64,000 nt of DNA from Spirochaetaceae bacterium. Lineage in GTDB: Bacteria > Spirochaetota > Spirochaetia > DSM-27196 > SKKC01. The notes beneath the pieces are model-generated. The model did no database searches, was not told the DNA's origin, and was given only the letters and a program-made list of their open reading frames with translations. The stretch covers positions 2,537-66,536 of the forward strand of contig JBKHAN010000011.1 of the NCBI GenBank assembly GCA_046542845.1. Reading direction: 5' to 3'. Position numbers and translations under genes: made by a program. This document shows, piece after piece, positions 37,680-46,596 of the stretch (positions within the stretch are counted from its first letter, which is position 1; every line of letters begins with the position of its first letter).

Positions 37680-37708
37680 AGTGTACCGCTGTGCCGGGCG
37701 CACTGCAA
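37680..37708 (-). promoter_or_regulatory. Candidate sigma70-type promoter of the MBL/cNMP gene
   Basis: TTGCAG (37708..37703), a 17-nt spacer, then TACACT (37685..37680) on the minus strand, about 40 nt upstream of the ATG. Confidence 0.35.
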
Positions 37709-37781
37709 TGACGAGATGTAGTACCACAGAGCGGGTAAAAAATCCTGTTGACGTGCCCAGGAAGCGGGTATAGCATTTTCA

Positions 37782-37917
37782 TGTGACGGAAGCTCCTTGA
37801 TCGGGGCTCGCGCACAGGCGGTCAAAGCGACTGAAGCAGCAAACAGTCGTAGCGGGATAATCCCGAAACCGAACAAAAGACCGCGTCAGCCGGTTCCCCA
37901 GGAGCCGGCTTTTTTTA
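37782..37917 (+). ncRNA. Candidate small RNA (orphan promoter, three-way-junction fold, intrinsic terminator)
   Basis: TTGACG (37748..37753), 17 nt, then TAGCAT (37771..37776). The fold has P1 GCGGUC/GACCGC (37818..23 with 37879..84), P2 GCGACUG/CAGUCGU with a 10-nt loop, and P3 CGGGA/UCCCG. A strong plus-strand terminator follows. There is no plus-strand CDS upstream or downstream. Confidence 0.3.
37888..37917 (+). terminator. Intrinsic terminator oriented on the plus strand
   Basis: AGCCGGUUCC-CCA-GGAGCCGGCU forms a 10-bp stem with one G-U pair and is followed by U7. On the minus strand the U-run starts only 9 nt after the stem. Confidence 0.7.
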
Positions 37918-37954
37918 TGTTCCAGCATGGGAGACGAAGACCGGCATATTCGGG

Positions 37955-38839
37955 CTATGCGGGAGGGTTGAGCGGAAGTGAGAGCGTTTGCCGCCGCATG
38001 CCTGCCTCGGTAAAGGTAAGCTCGTATGAAGCGTCGTCCACCCACTCGAAGGCAGACCGCGAGCCGAAGCCCTGGTCTACAAACGAAATGGCCGTATCGA
38101 TGCAGAGGTATCTGCCGTCATACCTGGTCAGGAAGTTTCCGGATGCCTGGGGGGTGTGTCCGCAGACATACACGCTCGCACGGTTGTTCTTGAGAAATGT
38201 GTGCAGGACCGAACCGTAATCCGGTTGCGCCTGTTGCCCGGCAGCATCTGAACACAGAATACTGGTCTCGGGTGAGAAGAGCGAAAGCGGCAGATCCGCC
38301 TTGCCTTCGAGAAAGGCCTCACGATTACGTCCGAGTTCCTGGTGTACCGCGGAGTTCACATCGGCGATCTGAAGATCTCGAAAGATTGGCGGCAGATCTG
38401 CCGGCGCAAATACGAACGGATATATGCGTACCATGACCGGAAGCCCTGACAGCCAGTCCGAAAGCCAGCCCCCCGGCGCAAACGCGCGCTCCAACGCGTC
38501 CTGACCCGGCTCATTCGCCGTCCGGTACGAGCTTCGTTCAGCACCGGATGAAGCGGTGTGCATTCCGAAGAGGTGAATGGCTTCGTGCTGCCCGAGCAGG
38601 GTATATACGCGGCTGCCCACAGCCGGCGCCTCGGCGTGCAGCCGCATGAGCGTGCGGTACACGGTGGCGCTGTCTGGACCGCGATCACAGATATTGCCAA
38701 GCATGACCAGCGCCGTGTCACGTGCCGTAAACCGACCGTTCGCGTCGGTCAGATCACAGCCCGAAAGAAGCTCTCCGAAAAATTCGGCGTCTGCGTGGAG
38801 GTCCCCGACTGCTATGATACGCCTGAACGCGCGAGCCAT
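37955..38839 (-). CDS. Metallophosphoesterase (PPP / ApaH-like calcineurin-fold phosphatase)
   Basis: GDLHAD, GNICDRGPDS, GQHE and VCGHTP metal-ligand motifs are present. Confidence 0.85.
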   Translation of the reverse strand: MARAFRRIIAVGDLHADAEFFGELLSGCDLTDANGRFTARDTALVMLGNICDRGPDSATVYRTLMRLHAEAPAVGSRVYTLLGQHEAIHLFGMHTASSGAERSSYRTANEPGQDALERAFAPGGWLSDWLSGLPVMVRIYPFVFAPADLPPIFRDLQIADVNSAVHQELGRNREAFLEGKADLPLSLFSPETSILCSDAAGQQAQPDYGSVLHTFLKNNRASVYVCGHTPQASGNFLTRYDGRYLCIDTAISFVDQGFGSRSAFEWVDDASYELTFTEAGMRRQTLSLPLNPPA

Positions 38840-38868
38840 GTGAACCTCCTCTGTTTTTCAGACAAGCA

Positions 38869-39657
38869 TCAAAACATTGTGAAAGTCAATACAAGAAATA
38901 CTCCCATGCCCAGCAATCCCGTTATGCCGCTCCCTTTCATGTTCCAGAATGCGAGCTGACCGACCGACTCGAGAAACCATGTCAGGAGATACATTATCAG
39001 AAGCGGAACAACCGGCAGTACGAAGCTGCCGAGGACAAGCCGAACCACAAAGGTTATGGCCGCAGCCCCGAAGAACCATCCCACCAGATTCTGGAGCGGT
39101 ATCCCGAAGTACCAGCCGTCCTGATCCCACTCCCAGAAACGCCACCCCACCATCTGGGGATCAAGGAACAGGTCCCACGCCGCGAAGGCTGCCCCGGCTA
39201 CGAGCGAAAACAACACGACATTACCGCTCGGGACAAGCACGGTGGCAACGGCCCACGAGGGTGGCATCATCATGATCCAGGCAAGGGGAATCAACACCGG
39301 AACCTCCCCCACCTGGGGTTGGAGCCGTTTCGTGTAATGATAGCGACCGAAGGGAAAGCCGGTGTGACTGCCCACAAACTCGAGCATCCAGCCGAGCAGC
39401 GCAATAATGACGCCGGCGACAAGGGTCGGCTGAACTCCCGCGCCGAGCGCCATGAGCGTAAGCACCGTAGTCGTCTGCAGGACGACCCCGACGGATACGC
39501 CCAGCGGAACGGCGGCGTCGGACCAGATCCAGCGGATGATGGGAAGCCCGATCATGGAAAGTAGCCAGACACCGCCAAGAACCATTACCGCGAGCGGCAG
39601 TTCAGAGAGAGAGACAGCCATATGTTCAAGCATATTCAGGACCTTATTACCTGCCAT
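38869..39657 (-). CDS. Multi-pass membrane protein resembling the carotenoid-biosynthesis-protein (DUF422/CruF-like) family
   Basis: It is hydrophobic throughout. EFVGSHTGFPFGRYHYT and VPVLIPLAWIMM resemble that family as I recall it. The start is uncertain (39657, 39633 or 39621). Confidence 0.65.
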   Translation of the reverse strand: MAGNKVLNMLEHMAVSLSELPLAVMVLGGVWLLSMIGLPIIRWIWSDAAVPLGVSVGVVLQTTTVLTLMALGAGVQPTLVAGVIIALLGWMLEFVGSHTGFPFGRYHYTKRLQPQVGEVPVLIPLAWIMMMPPSWAVATVLVPSGNVVLFSLVAGAAFAAWDLFLDPQMVGWRFWEWDQDGWYFGIPLQNLVGWFFGAAAITFVVRLVLGSFVLPVVPLLIMYLLTWFLESVGQLAFWNMKGSGITGLLGMGVFLVLTFTMF

Positions 39658-40805
39658 CCTGCCTTGAGGAACGCAGGAATCGGCACTGTAGACATGATTT
39701 TCAGATTATCCCACACGCCGTCCTGCTCGTCGAGAAAGCTGAACATGCGGGCGACCGGATTGCGATCGAAAAACCGGACAAAAACGTGCTCGGCGAGGTC
39801 TCCGCGTTCGAGCAGGACCTGCAGGAGAATAGAGTCAAAGGTATGGTAGCGTTTCGGCGTTTGCGGAAGGTCAAAGGGATGGCCGGTGCGCTTGAGCGAG
39901 TCGACGATGGCCTCTGCGTCCCACTGCATGCGCATAAACGCGTAACCGGTCGACGCTTTGACCCGACCGCCGAGGGTGCCGATACGCAGTATGTGTTCTC
40001 CGCCGCGACGCTCAAAAGGCTGATCGGTCATTGGTATAATACACGCTTCCTCGCCGATTACCTCGTATTCGGTGATCCCGAGTACGTCGCGAATATAGTC
40101 GGCAATGCGCTGGTCGTATTCTTCCGGTGGCAGGGTTTGGGCACTGAACAGGGTAAACTCGACATGTGCTTCTCTTCGACTCCACGGCATCACGTAGAAA
40201 AAGCGCATAACGTTATGCTGTGGTGTACGGAAATCGAACATACGCGCCGTATCCACGTCAAAACGGTCGTCGGGGGTGCGAATCTCCACGCCCTTGAAGT
40301 GCTGCTTGAGGTTACGGTATTTCGTCTCGTCTACGGTCAGATTGTGATACTTCCACCGGCTGTCAAATACCCACCGCCCTGCAAACGTGGCTCCTTTGAC
40401 CACGATCTCCGCTCCCTCAGCAGTATCCCGGACCTCCTCGACATGCGCGGTCAGAAACTCTACCCCGGGGCAGGCAGAAAGGCGCTCCTTCACGAAGCGG
40501 TAAAAATCCCCGGATCGAAGCATCTGATATCGATACGGCGTCATGGGGAGGACAAGGTTCCTGCCGTCGCCGACGATCTGCACAGTGTCCCAGCTCGTCC
40601 GTATTATTGATTCGTACGGGGTGGTACCGGTAAGCCAGAAACACCAGTTGCGATCGTTCGCAATCTTCTCCTCTTCGTCCACAATGAGCATGCGCGACTG
40701 CTCGAAGCCAGACTCGACCAGATGATAGGCGAGACTCAGCGACGCCCCGCCGCCGCCTGCAAAAATGAAGTCGTACTGGTTCTCCGAAACCCCGTGCGTA
40801 GCCAT
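39636..40805 (-). CDS. Lycopene-cyclase-family flavoprotein (CrtY/CrtL-type fold)
   Basis: The N-terminal dinucleotide fold reads YDFIFAGGGGASLSLAYHL. Size is about 390 aa. Start set at the first ATG (40805); the track start 40841 is TTG. Confidence 0.7.
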   Translation of the reverse strand: MATHGVSENQYDFIFAGGGGASLSLAYHLVESGFEQSRMLIVDEEEKIANDRNWCFWLTGTTPYESIIRTSWDTVQIVGDGRNLVLPMTPYRYQMLRSGDFYRFVKERLSACPGVEFLTAHVEEVRDTAEGAEIVVKGATFAGRWVFDSRWKYHNLTVDETKYRNLKQHFKGVEIRTPDDRFDVDTARMFDFRTPQHNVMRFFYVMPWSRREAHVEFTLFSAQTLPPEEYDQRIADYIRDVLGITEYEVIGEEACIIPMTDQPFERRGGEHILRIGTLGGRVKASTGYAFMRMQWDAEAIVDSLKRTGHPFDLPQTPKRYHTFDSILLQVLLERGDLAEHVFVRFFDRNPVARMFSFLDEQDGVWDNLKIMSTVPIPAFLKAGWQVIRS

Positions 40806-40872
40806 GCGATGAATGTACCCCCTCGTGCGTTTGCTTGACAACGGGAAAGCGGCGGGCTCACACTGCAGTTCT

Positions 40873-41847
40873 ATGCGTATACTCGTTGCCGGCGGAGCCG
40901 GATATATCGGCAGTCATGTCACCCGTGCGCTCCTCGACGCGGGCCACGAAGCCTGGGTTTTCGACGATTTTTCCTCCGGTCTGGAGGCAAATCTCTTTCC
41001 CGAAGCGCCCGTGGTTCGCGGAAGCATACGGGATACCCCGCTTCTGCAGGATACCCTCAGCAATGGGTTTGACGCTGTGATACACCTGGCGGCGTTCAAG
41101 GCAGCGGGTGAGAGTATGGAGCATCCCGGCAAGTATGCGGACAACAACATCGCCGGCACGATATCGCTGCTGAACGCCATGGTGGAGACGTCGGTACACC
41201 GCATCGTGTTTTCGAGCTCGGCTGCGGTATACGGCGAGCCGCAGTATGTTCCCGTAGATGAAGACCACCCCACGAATCCGACCAACTTCTACGGATTCAC
41301 GAAACTTGAAATTGAACGAATTATGGCCTGGTACGACCAGCTCACCGGACTCAAGAGCGCGAGTCTTCGCTATTTCAACGCGGCCGGCTACGATACCGAC
41401 GGTCGTATCGGCGGCCTCGAACGCAACCCGGCCAACCTGCTCCCCGTCATTATGGAGGTCGCGACGGGAATGCGTGAGGAACTGTCGATCTTTGGTACGG
41501 ACTACGACACCCCGGACGGTACGTGTATACGCGACTATGTTCACGTAACAGACCTTGCGAATGCGCACGTCGCGGCTGTGCACTATCTCTTCGAAGCAGA
41601 TGAAAGCATCGTGGTGAACCTCGGCAGCGAGCAGGGCTTAAGCGTCAAGGAAATGCTCGATGTCGCACGAACCGTGACCGGACAACCCATACCCGCACGC
41701 AATGTGGATCGACGACCCGGTGACCCCGCTCGGCTTGTCGCGTCAAGCAGCAAGGCTTCTCACAGCCTCGGCTGGGATGCGATTTTTTCCGATCCGGAAA
41801 CACTGGTGCGGACGACCTGGGAAGCGTACCGGAAACACATGGCATGA
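40873..41847 (+). CDS. galE: UDP-glucose 4-epimerase
   Basis: ILVAGGAGYIGSH and FYGFTKLEIE (YxxxK) are present, with DYVHVTDLANAH. Start trimmed to ATG 40873. Confidence 0.93.
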   Translation: MRILVAGGAGYIGSHVTRALLDAGHEAWVFDDFSSGLEANLFPEAPVVRGSIRDTPLLQDTLSNGFDAVIHLAAFKAAGESMEHPGKYADNNIAGTISLLNAMVETSVHRIVFSSSAAVYGEPQYVPVDEDHPTNPTNFYGFTKLEIERIMAWYDQLTGLKSASLRYFNAAGYDTDGRIGGLERNPANLLPVIMEVATGMREELSIFGTDYDTPDGTCIRDYVHVTDLANAHVAAVHYLFEADESIVVNLGSEQGLSVKEMLDVARTVTGQPIPARNVDRRPGDPARLVASSSKASHSLGWDAIFSDPETLVRTTWEAYRKHMA

Positions 41848-41863
41848 CCCGGAACGGCCGGTG

Positions 41864-42748
41864 TCAGTCCTCTACCCAGGTAGCGACGTAATCGACCCCG
41901 CGTGGCGTCCACGCGGGTTTCAGTTCCGTCCAGCGTCCGCGAAACCCGATCTCGTCCGCGACAACGTTGAAATGCGCCATGGCCACACCGGCGTCTATGC
42001 GCTGCATGTCCACGTCTTTGATAGCCTTGTCAAAGCCCGTCGTCCGGGACACGAAAAGATGAAGCAGATCCGGTCCACTGTCGGCGCTGTACCGGTAGAT
42101 GCGCCACGGCTGCTGGTTGGACGTTGACGGTGCGAGCCGTACTGCCTCAAGCATCGCCTCGTAGTCGGCGGCCGACGCCGGCGTAAGCGGAAAGGGCTGC
42201 GACTGCGGCTTCTCGTCCTCGTCCCAGAACTCGACCTCGAAAAACAGTTCCGACCAGCGTTTTCGTTTACGGGCTCCCACCGAAAAACGGATAGACCCGT
42301 CGCTGACGGTTCGCCGCCGCGCGGGATAGCCTATGGGCACGACAGCCGGGATCAGGACGTCGGCATCCAGCCCGAGCGCCGACGCGAACCCACCCCGGTT
42401 GAAGGTCCCCCCGAGCCAGCAGGTGGATATCTTGTTCGCCTCTACGTGGAGCACCGCCTGCTCCATGACGAAGCCGAAGTCTTCCATGCTGTGTCGGCCT
42501 TTTTGCACGTACCCGACAATGAACTGTGCCGGATTGTGCACTTCCCCGTAGGGCGCACGTTCGGAGATGTCGGCAATCATTGTGTCATCTGCAGGCACGA
42601 GCGCGAGCCCGAGCTGCGAGCCGAACGGGGGATCGTTTACCTGCTTGAGCAGGTCGATGACCCGCGCTTCGTCGGAAGAGGACAGGGGCTGCCCGTCGAA
42701 TGCGCGACAGCTCAGGCGTGACGATATAACTTCTCTTGCATGTTTCAC
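41864..42748 (-). CDS. Nitroreductase-family protein
   Basis: SRLSCRAFDGQPL and LAPSTSNQQPWRI are nitroreductase-type segments. ORF 41864..43435 is trimmed to GTG 42748 (AGGAAGAG upstream), because the longer form overlaps hflX. Confidence 0.65.
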   Translation of the reverse strand: MKHAREVISSRLSCRAFDGQPLSSSDEARVIDLLKQVNDPPFGSQLGLALVPADDTMIADISERAPYGEVHNPAQFIVGYVQKGRHSMEDFGFVMEQAVLHVEANKISTCWLGGTFNRGGFASALGLDADVLIPAVVPIGYPARRRTVSDGSIRFSVGARKRKRWSELFFEVEFWDEDEKPQSQPFPLTPASAADYEAMLEAVRLAPSTSNQQPWRIYRYSADSGPDLLHLFVSRTTGFDKAIKDVDMQRIDAGVAMAHFNVVADEIGFRGRWTELKPAWTPRGVDYVATWVED

Positions 42749-42871
42749 GACCGAACTCTTCCTGCAGATGTTTGTGTTGCGTACCGCACGCAGGAAGTAT
42801 ACATGAATATCGGCTCGGCGGCGACCATGCCATTTGCCTGAGCGGCGATTCCATGTAAAATACACGTACAG

Positions 42872-44149
42872 ATGATAGAACACACCAGTACACCTCCGGG
42901 GGTTATCCTTGTCGCCGTCCGTCACAAGACCATGAGCGACTCCGAGGCCCGACACCACGTGTCCGAACTTGAGCGGCTTGTCGATACGCTCGGCTACCGC
43001 GTCCTTGAGACACGGCTGCTTCGTGGAAACACCCCGCATCCCGGACTGTTCATAGGAAGCGGTCAGGCAGATGAACTCGCCAGCCTTGCCGACGAGCTGG
43101 AAGCCGACGCGTTGATTTTCGATGACGAGCTGTCTCCATCCCAGCAGCGCAACCTCGAACGGCGAACACGCGTAGCCGTCTCCGACCGTCACGAGATTAT
43201 CCTCGAGATTTTTCACGAGCACGCGGTAACCAGAGAGGCCCGTCTCCAGGTCGAGAAAGCCGAACTCGCGTATCAACTGCCCCGTCTGCGGCGGGCGTGG
43301 ACCCACCTGTCGCGCCAGCGCGGAGGTATGAAGGGCACGCGCGGGGAAGGTGAAACGCAGCTCGAGATCGACCGCCGTCGCATAACTGCGAGGCAACAGC
43401 AGCTCGAGCGTGAGCTGCGGGAAGTCCGCCGCCATCGAGCGACTATGAGACAGAAACGCGAGGCGGTCCCGGTTCCGACACTCGCGCTTGTGGGATACAC
43501 AAACGCAGGCAAATCAAGCCTCATGACCGCGCTCACGGGCCGGGACGTGCTGCGACAGGACAAACTTTTTGCAACGCTTGACCCCAAATCGTCGCGCATG
43601 ATCATGCCCGACGGCGTTGAAGTGATCGTCACCGACACGGTCGGCTTTATTCGCAAGCTGCCTCACGACCTCGTAGAGGCGTTCAGGAGCACGCTCGAAG
43701 AGACGGTGCGAGCGGATATCCTGCTCCATGTCGTTGACGCGGCGAGTCCGCAGGCAGCGGATGAAGTGGCCACGACGCGGGCGGTCCTTGCGGAAATCGG
43801 CGCCGATACCTCGTCGATCCTGGTCGTCCTGAACAAGATGGACCTGCTCGGATACGGCGGTGAGTCGATCGAACACGCGTCGATACACGTCGCGGGGGTC
43901 GATTCAGGCATACCGGTGAGCAGCCTCACCGGAGCGGGGATAGCGTCGCTTCGAGACCGCATCGCAGACCTCGTCACCGCTCATCGCATTGAAGAAGACC
44001 TGCTTATCCCGCCGGATCGCTGGGATCTTGTCGCGATGGTGCACCGGGAGGCCCGCGTCCTTCAGGAAGACGTGAAAGACGGAAGCGTGCGGCTGCGGGC
44101 GGAACTTTCCGACAGACTGCGTACGTCGCTCGCCGAGTACGTCGTTTAG
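42872..44149 (+). CDS. hflX: GTPase HflX
   Basis: G1 is GYTNAGKSSL, G3 is DTVGFI and G4 is NKMD. An HflX-type N-terminal domain is present. Confidence 0.93.
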   Translation: MIEHTSTPPGVILVAVRHKTMSDSEARHHVSELERLVDTLGYRVLETRLLRGNTPHPGLFIGSGQADELASLADELEADALIFDDELSPSQQRNLERRTRVAVSDRHEIILEIFHEHAVTREARLQVEKAELAYQLPRLRRAWTHLSRQRGGMKGTRGEGETQLEIDRRRITARQQQLERELREVRRHRATMRQKREAVPVPTLALVGYTNAGKSSLMTALTGRDVLRQDKLFATLDPKSSRMIMPDGVEVIVTDTVGFIRKLPHDLVEAFRSTLEETVRADILLHVVDAASPQAADEVATTRAVLAEIGADTSSILVVLNKMDLLGYGGESIEHASIHVAGVDSGIPVSSLTGAGIASLRDRIADLVTAHRIEEDLLIPPDRWDLVAMVHREARVLQEDVKDGSVRLRAELSDRLRTSLAEYVV

Positions 44150-44334
44150 GTCGGGCACAGATGCGACTCTCAGGAGAATCGGCTGCCGCCGGCGCTTCAG
44201 AGCTTCGTACGCGAATATATTCGATGCAGGGGAAACAGAACTTTTTGGGCGTAAATTGAACGAAATTTGCTACTTTGTGTGTACACAAGGTGCGCCGAGC
44301 GGATATTCTGTCTACCGACCGTGGGAGAACGCCC

Positions 44335-44898
44335 GTGTCGAAGCAAAAAGAAGTAGTCTATTGCCACACCTATACGTCACCGGTCGGTGATCTTCACCTT
44401 GCCGTGGATCGCCGCGGCAGGATACTTCGAGTCAGTTTCGTTGAACTGGAGCCGTGGGACACAAACATACAGTTCGAGGTCAATAAGTACGCCTGCGGAG
44501 AACTCGAGCTGCAGCTCGACGAGTATTTCAACGGAACACGGACAAGTTTTTCACTTGAAACACGCGTAGAGGGGACGGATTTCCAGCGATCCGTCTGGAA
44601 AAAGCTCCGGAAACTGCCCTACGGATCACGGACTACCTACGGGGAACTTGCTGCGCGGGTCGGTCGGGCTCGCGCCGCACGAGCGGTTGGAAACGCCGTC
44701 GCGGAGAATCCGGTGTGTATCCTGATTCCATGTCACCGTGTGGTGCCGAGCAGCGGCGGGGTCGGTAAATACGGAGCGAGGCACATTCCCCTCGAACTCG
44801 GACGCGACAGAAAACGCTATCTGTTGTCCCTTGAGCGACAACCCGACTGCGATACTCCGGATCTGTTTGCCTTCCCGAGCACAGCTGCAATCGCCTGA
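44335..44898 (+). CDS. ogt: Methylated-DNA--protein-cysteine methyltransferase
   Basis: The IPCHRVV active site and YGELA are present. Start set at GTG 44335, with GGGAGA 6 nt upstream. Confidence 0.88.
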   Translation: MSKQKEVVYCHTYTSPVGDLHLAVDRRGRILRVSFVELEPWDTNIQFEVNKYACGELELQLDEYFNGTRTSFSLETRVEGTDFQRSVWKKLRKLPYGSRTTYGELAARVGRARAARAVGNAVAENPVCILIPCHRVVPSSGGVGKYGARHIPLELGRDRKRYLLSLERQPDCDTPDLFAFPSTAAIA

Positions 44899-44905
44899 TG
44901 CTCAG

Positions 44906-46480
44906 CTATCGTTTCATCGAAAGCTGCAGGAGCTGTATGAAGAAATATATCGTTCGGTATACCTCTGCCATTCGCTCGTCTATGGATTCCTCTGAATAGG
45001 TTTCGACCTCTTTCCAGTTCAGGAGCAGCTCGGGTTTCTTCTTTTTCCGGTCTTCGATCACGAGCCTGAGGACCTTGCCTATGGAAATCAGGAGCTGCCC
45101 TGACTCGTTAATCAGGCGCTTTGCGTACGCATTGGTTTCCTCGACCAGGCCTGCGACTACTTTCTGCGACGCCTTGTCCCGTTCGGAGGAACGGCCAATG
45201 GCTTTCTTGAGTTTCATTCCACGCTCGCCTTCTTCAGACAGGCTGTCGTCGAACTCCACCACCTTTGTCGCGATATCCATGAGCGTGTGAAACGAATCGC
45301 TCAGCTGCTGGCTCGTCAACGGTTCGGTCCACTTCCCCCGTATCACCAGCAGGTCCTGCAGCTGCCGAACGTCTTTCTTGAAGTAGTCGATCAGAAACGC
45401 TTTCAGATAATTAAACGAATCCAGATACATGTACCCGGTTCCAACCCGCGGACCGAGCGTTACGTTCGCCTTGTCGGTGTAGAACTTCGCCCGGCTTATC
45501 GCAGTCTTCCCGAACACTTCCTGACAGAGCCGTTCGACTTTTCTGTTCCGCTTTTCGATGGCAACCTTTTGCAGGTAGGCTTCCGACTGCACTTTCAGTT
45601 TCTCGAGATACGGCTCGAGGATACGGTGCTTGCCAACGGTGATAGTCGGCTCGTAATACGGGTCAGCATCTGCAAGTCGCACGATCTGCACGAGAACGTC
45701 TGATTTGCGAACGCCCGCGAGATAATTAACGAGCTTCTTCCAGTCCTTGCGATCTACGATTTCAACAGCGCGGTACTCTTTCAGGATATCAAGAACGTCG
45801 CTCCAGTCTGCCTCCAGTTCGAGCGAAAGAAACACCTCGAGAAAATCCTTGATATCGTCGCTGATGTAGGAGGCGTTTATCGCTTCAAACTTCGGCTGGG
45901 CGTCAGCGCGCTCTTCACCGATGGTCGCGTCGAACTTTCGCAGTACAAAAAAGTAATCGAACATGACCAGATCAAGAAACTGGCGCAGCAGCGTATAGGT
46001 GCGGTTGGTTCGTTGAATTGACTGGGAATCAAAAGAAGCGTAAAAGTGCTGCATGGCCGCTTTGACCTTGCTGACCGCGGTCTTTGAGTCCTCTTTTTCG
46101 GCGAGCGCACGGATAGAATCTTCGCTGAGTGCCTCAAGGTACGTACGCTGCTGTTCGGTGAAGAAATGCTCTACGACGAGGTCGCGCAGCCCCTGGCTCT
46201 CGCGGGCGTTCTGGAGCAGATTCCGCGCCGGGCCTATAACGCTGTACACGTCAAAGAAAAACGTTGCGAGCCCCGGCTGTGCGAGGTCCCCACGCGCCCT
46301 GTAAAACTTGTACTTGCTCCGTGAGACGTCTTTGGCAATCTGTTTGAGCTGACGTTTTTTCTGCCGCTCCGGATTATTACCACCGAAGACTATCGACAGG
46401 AGCCTCTCGATCAGATTATCGGATGTGTCAGATGCCTGGTCACCGCCAGCGTCTGTCGTCTTCGAAGGACGTGTCGCCAT
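44906..46480 (-). CDS. Large conserved-looking hypothetical protein (Lys/Glu-rich, helical)
   Basis: A clean 524-aa ORF with no competing ORFs. I recognise no catalytic motif. By eye the DNA is less GC-rich than its neighbours. Confidence 0.7.
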   Translation of the reverse strand: MATRPSKTTDAGGDQASDTSDNLIERLLSIVFGGNNPERQKKRQLKQIAKDVSRSKYKFYRARGDLAQPGLATFFFDVYSVIGPARNLLQNARESQGLRDLVVEHFFTEQQRTYLEALSEDSIRALAEKEDSKTAVSKVKAAMQHFYASFDSQSIQRTNRTYTLLRQFLDLVMFDYFFVLRKFDATIGEERADAQPKFEAINASYISDDIKDFLEVFLSLELEADWSDVLDILKEYRAVEIVDRKDWKKLVNYLAGVRKSDVLVQIVRLADADPYYEPTITVGKHRILEPYLEKLKVQSEAYLQKVAIEKRNRKVERLCQEVFGKTAISRAKFYTDKANVTLGPRVGTGYMYLDSFNYLKAFLIDYFKKDVRQLQDLLVIRGKWTEPLTSQQLSDSFHTLMDIATKVVEFDDSLSEEGERGMKLKKAIGRSSERDKASQKVVAGLVEETNAYAKRLINESGQLLISIGKVLRLVIEDRKKKKPELLLNWKEVETYSEESIDERMAEVYRTIYFFIQLLQLSMKR

Positions 46481-46596
46481 GATTCCTCAGAGTACGCGTC
46501 TGTTGGTACTGCGTCAAGTTCTTAGAGGTATTGGACAATTAAAAACCAGAGCCCGTATTGCCGCAGCTCGGCCGTCCGCGATATTGTTCTCTGACT

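Noticed and set aside
37660-37782. A 40-aa minus-strand sORF (MKMLYPLPGHVNRIFYPLCGTTSRHCSAPGTAVHYGIHFI) with AAGGAG 10 nt upstream, just before the MBL/cNMP gene.
   Set aside because: It is too short to judge by composition. It contains the best promoter candidate for the downstream gene, and no homology can be assessed here. I keep it only as an alternative explanation of this spacer.
37800-37885. SRP (4.5S) RNA, suggested by GAAGCAGC at 37833..37840.
   Set aside because: In SRP RNA this motif lies in the 3' strand of helix 8, opposite a GNAR tetraloop hairpin (GGUCC-GGAA-GGAAGCAGCC). Here it falls in a hairpin loop, and the rest of the long SRP hairpin cannot be drawn.
42749-43435. The upstream 229 codons of ORF 41864..43435.
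   Set aside because: They overlap hflX on the other strand. The nitroreductase-like sequence begins at about GVG 42748. The exact start remains uncertain.
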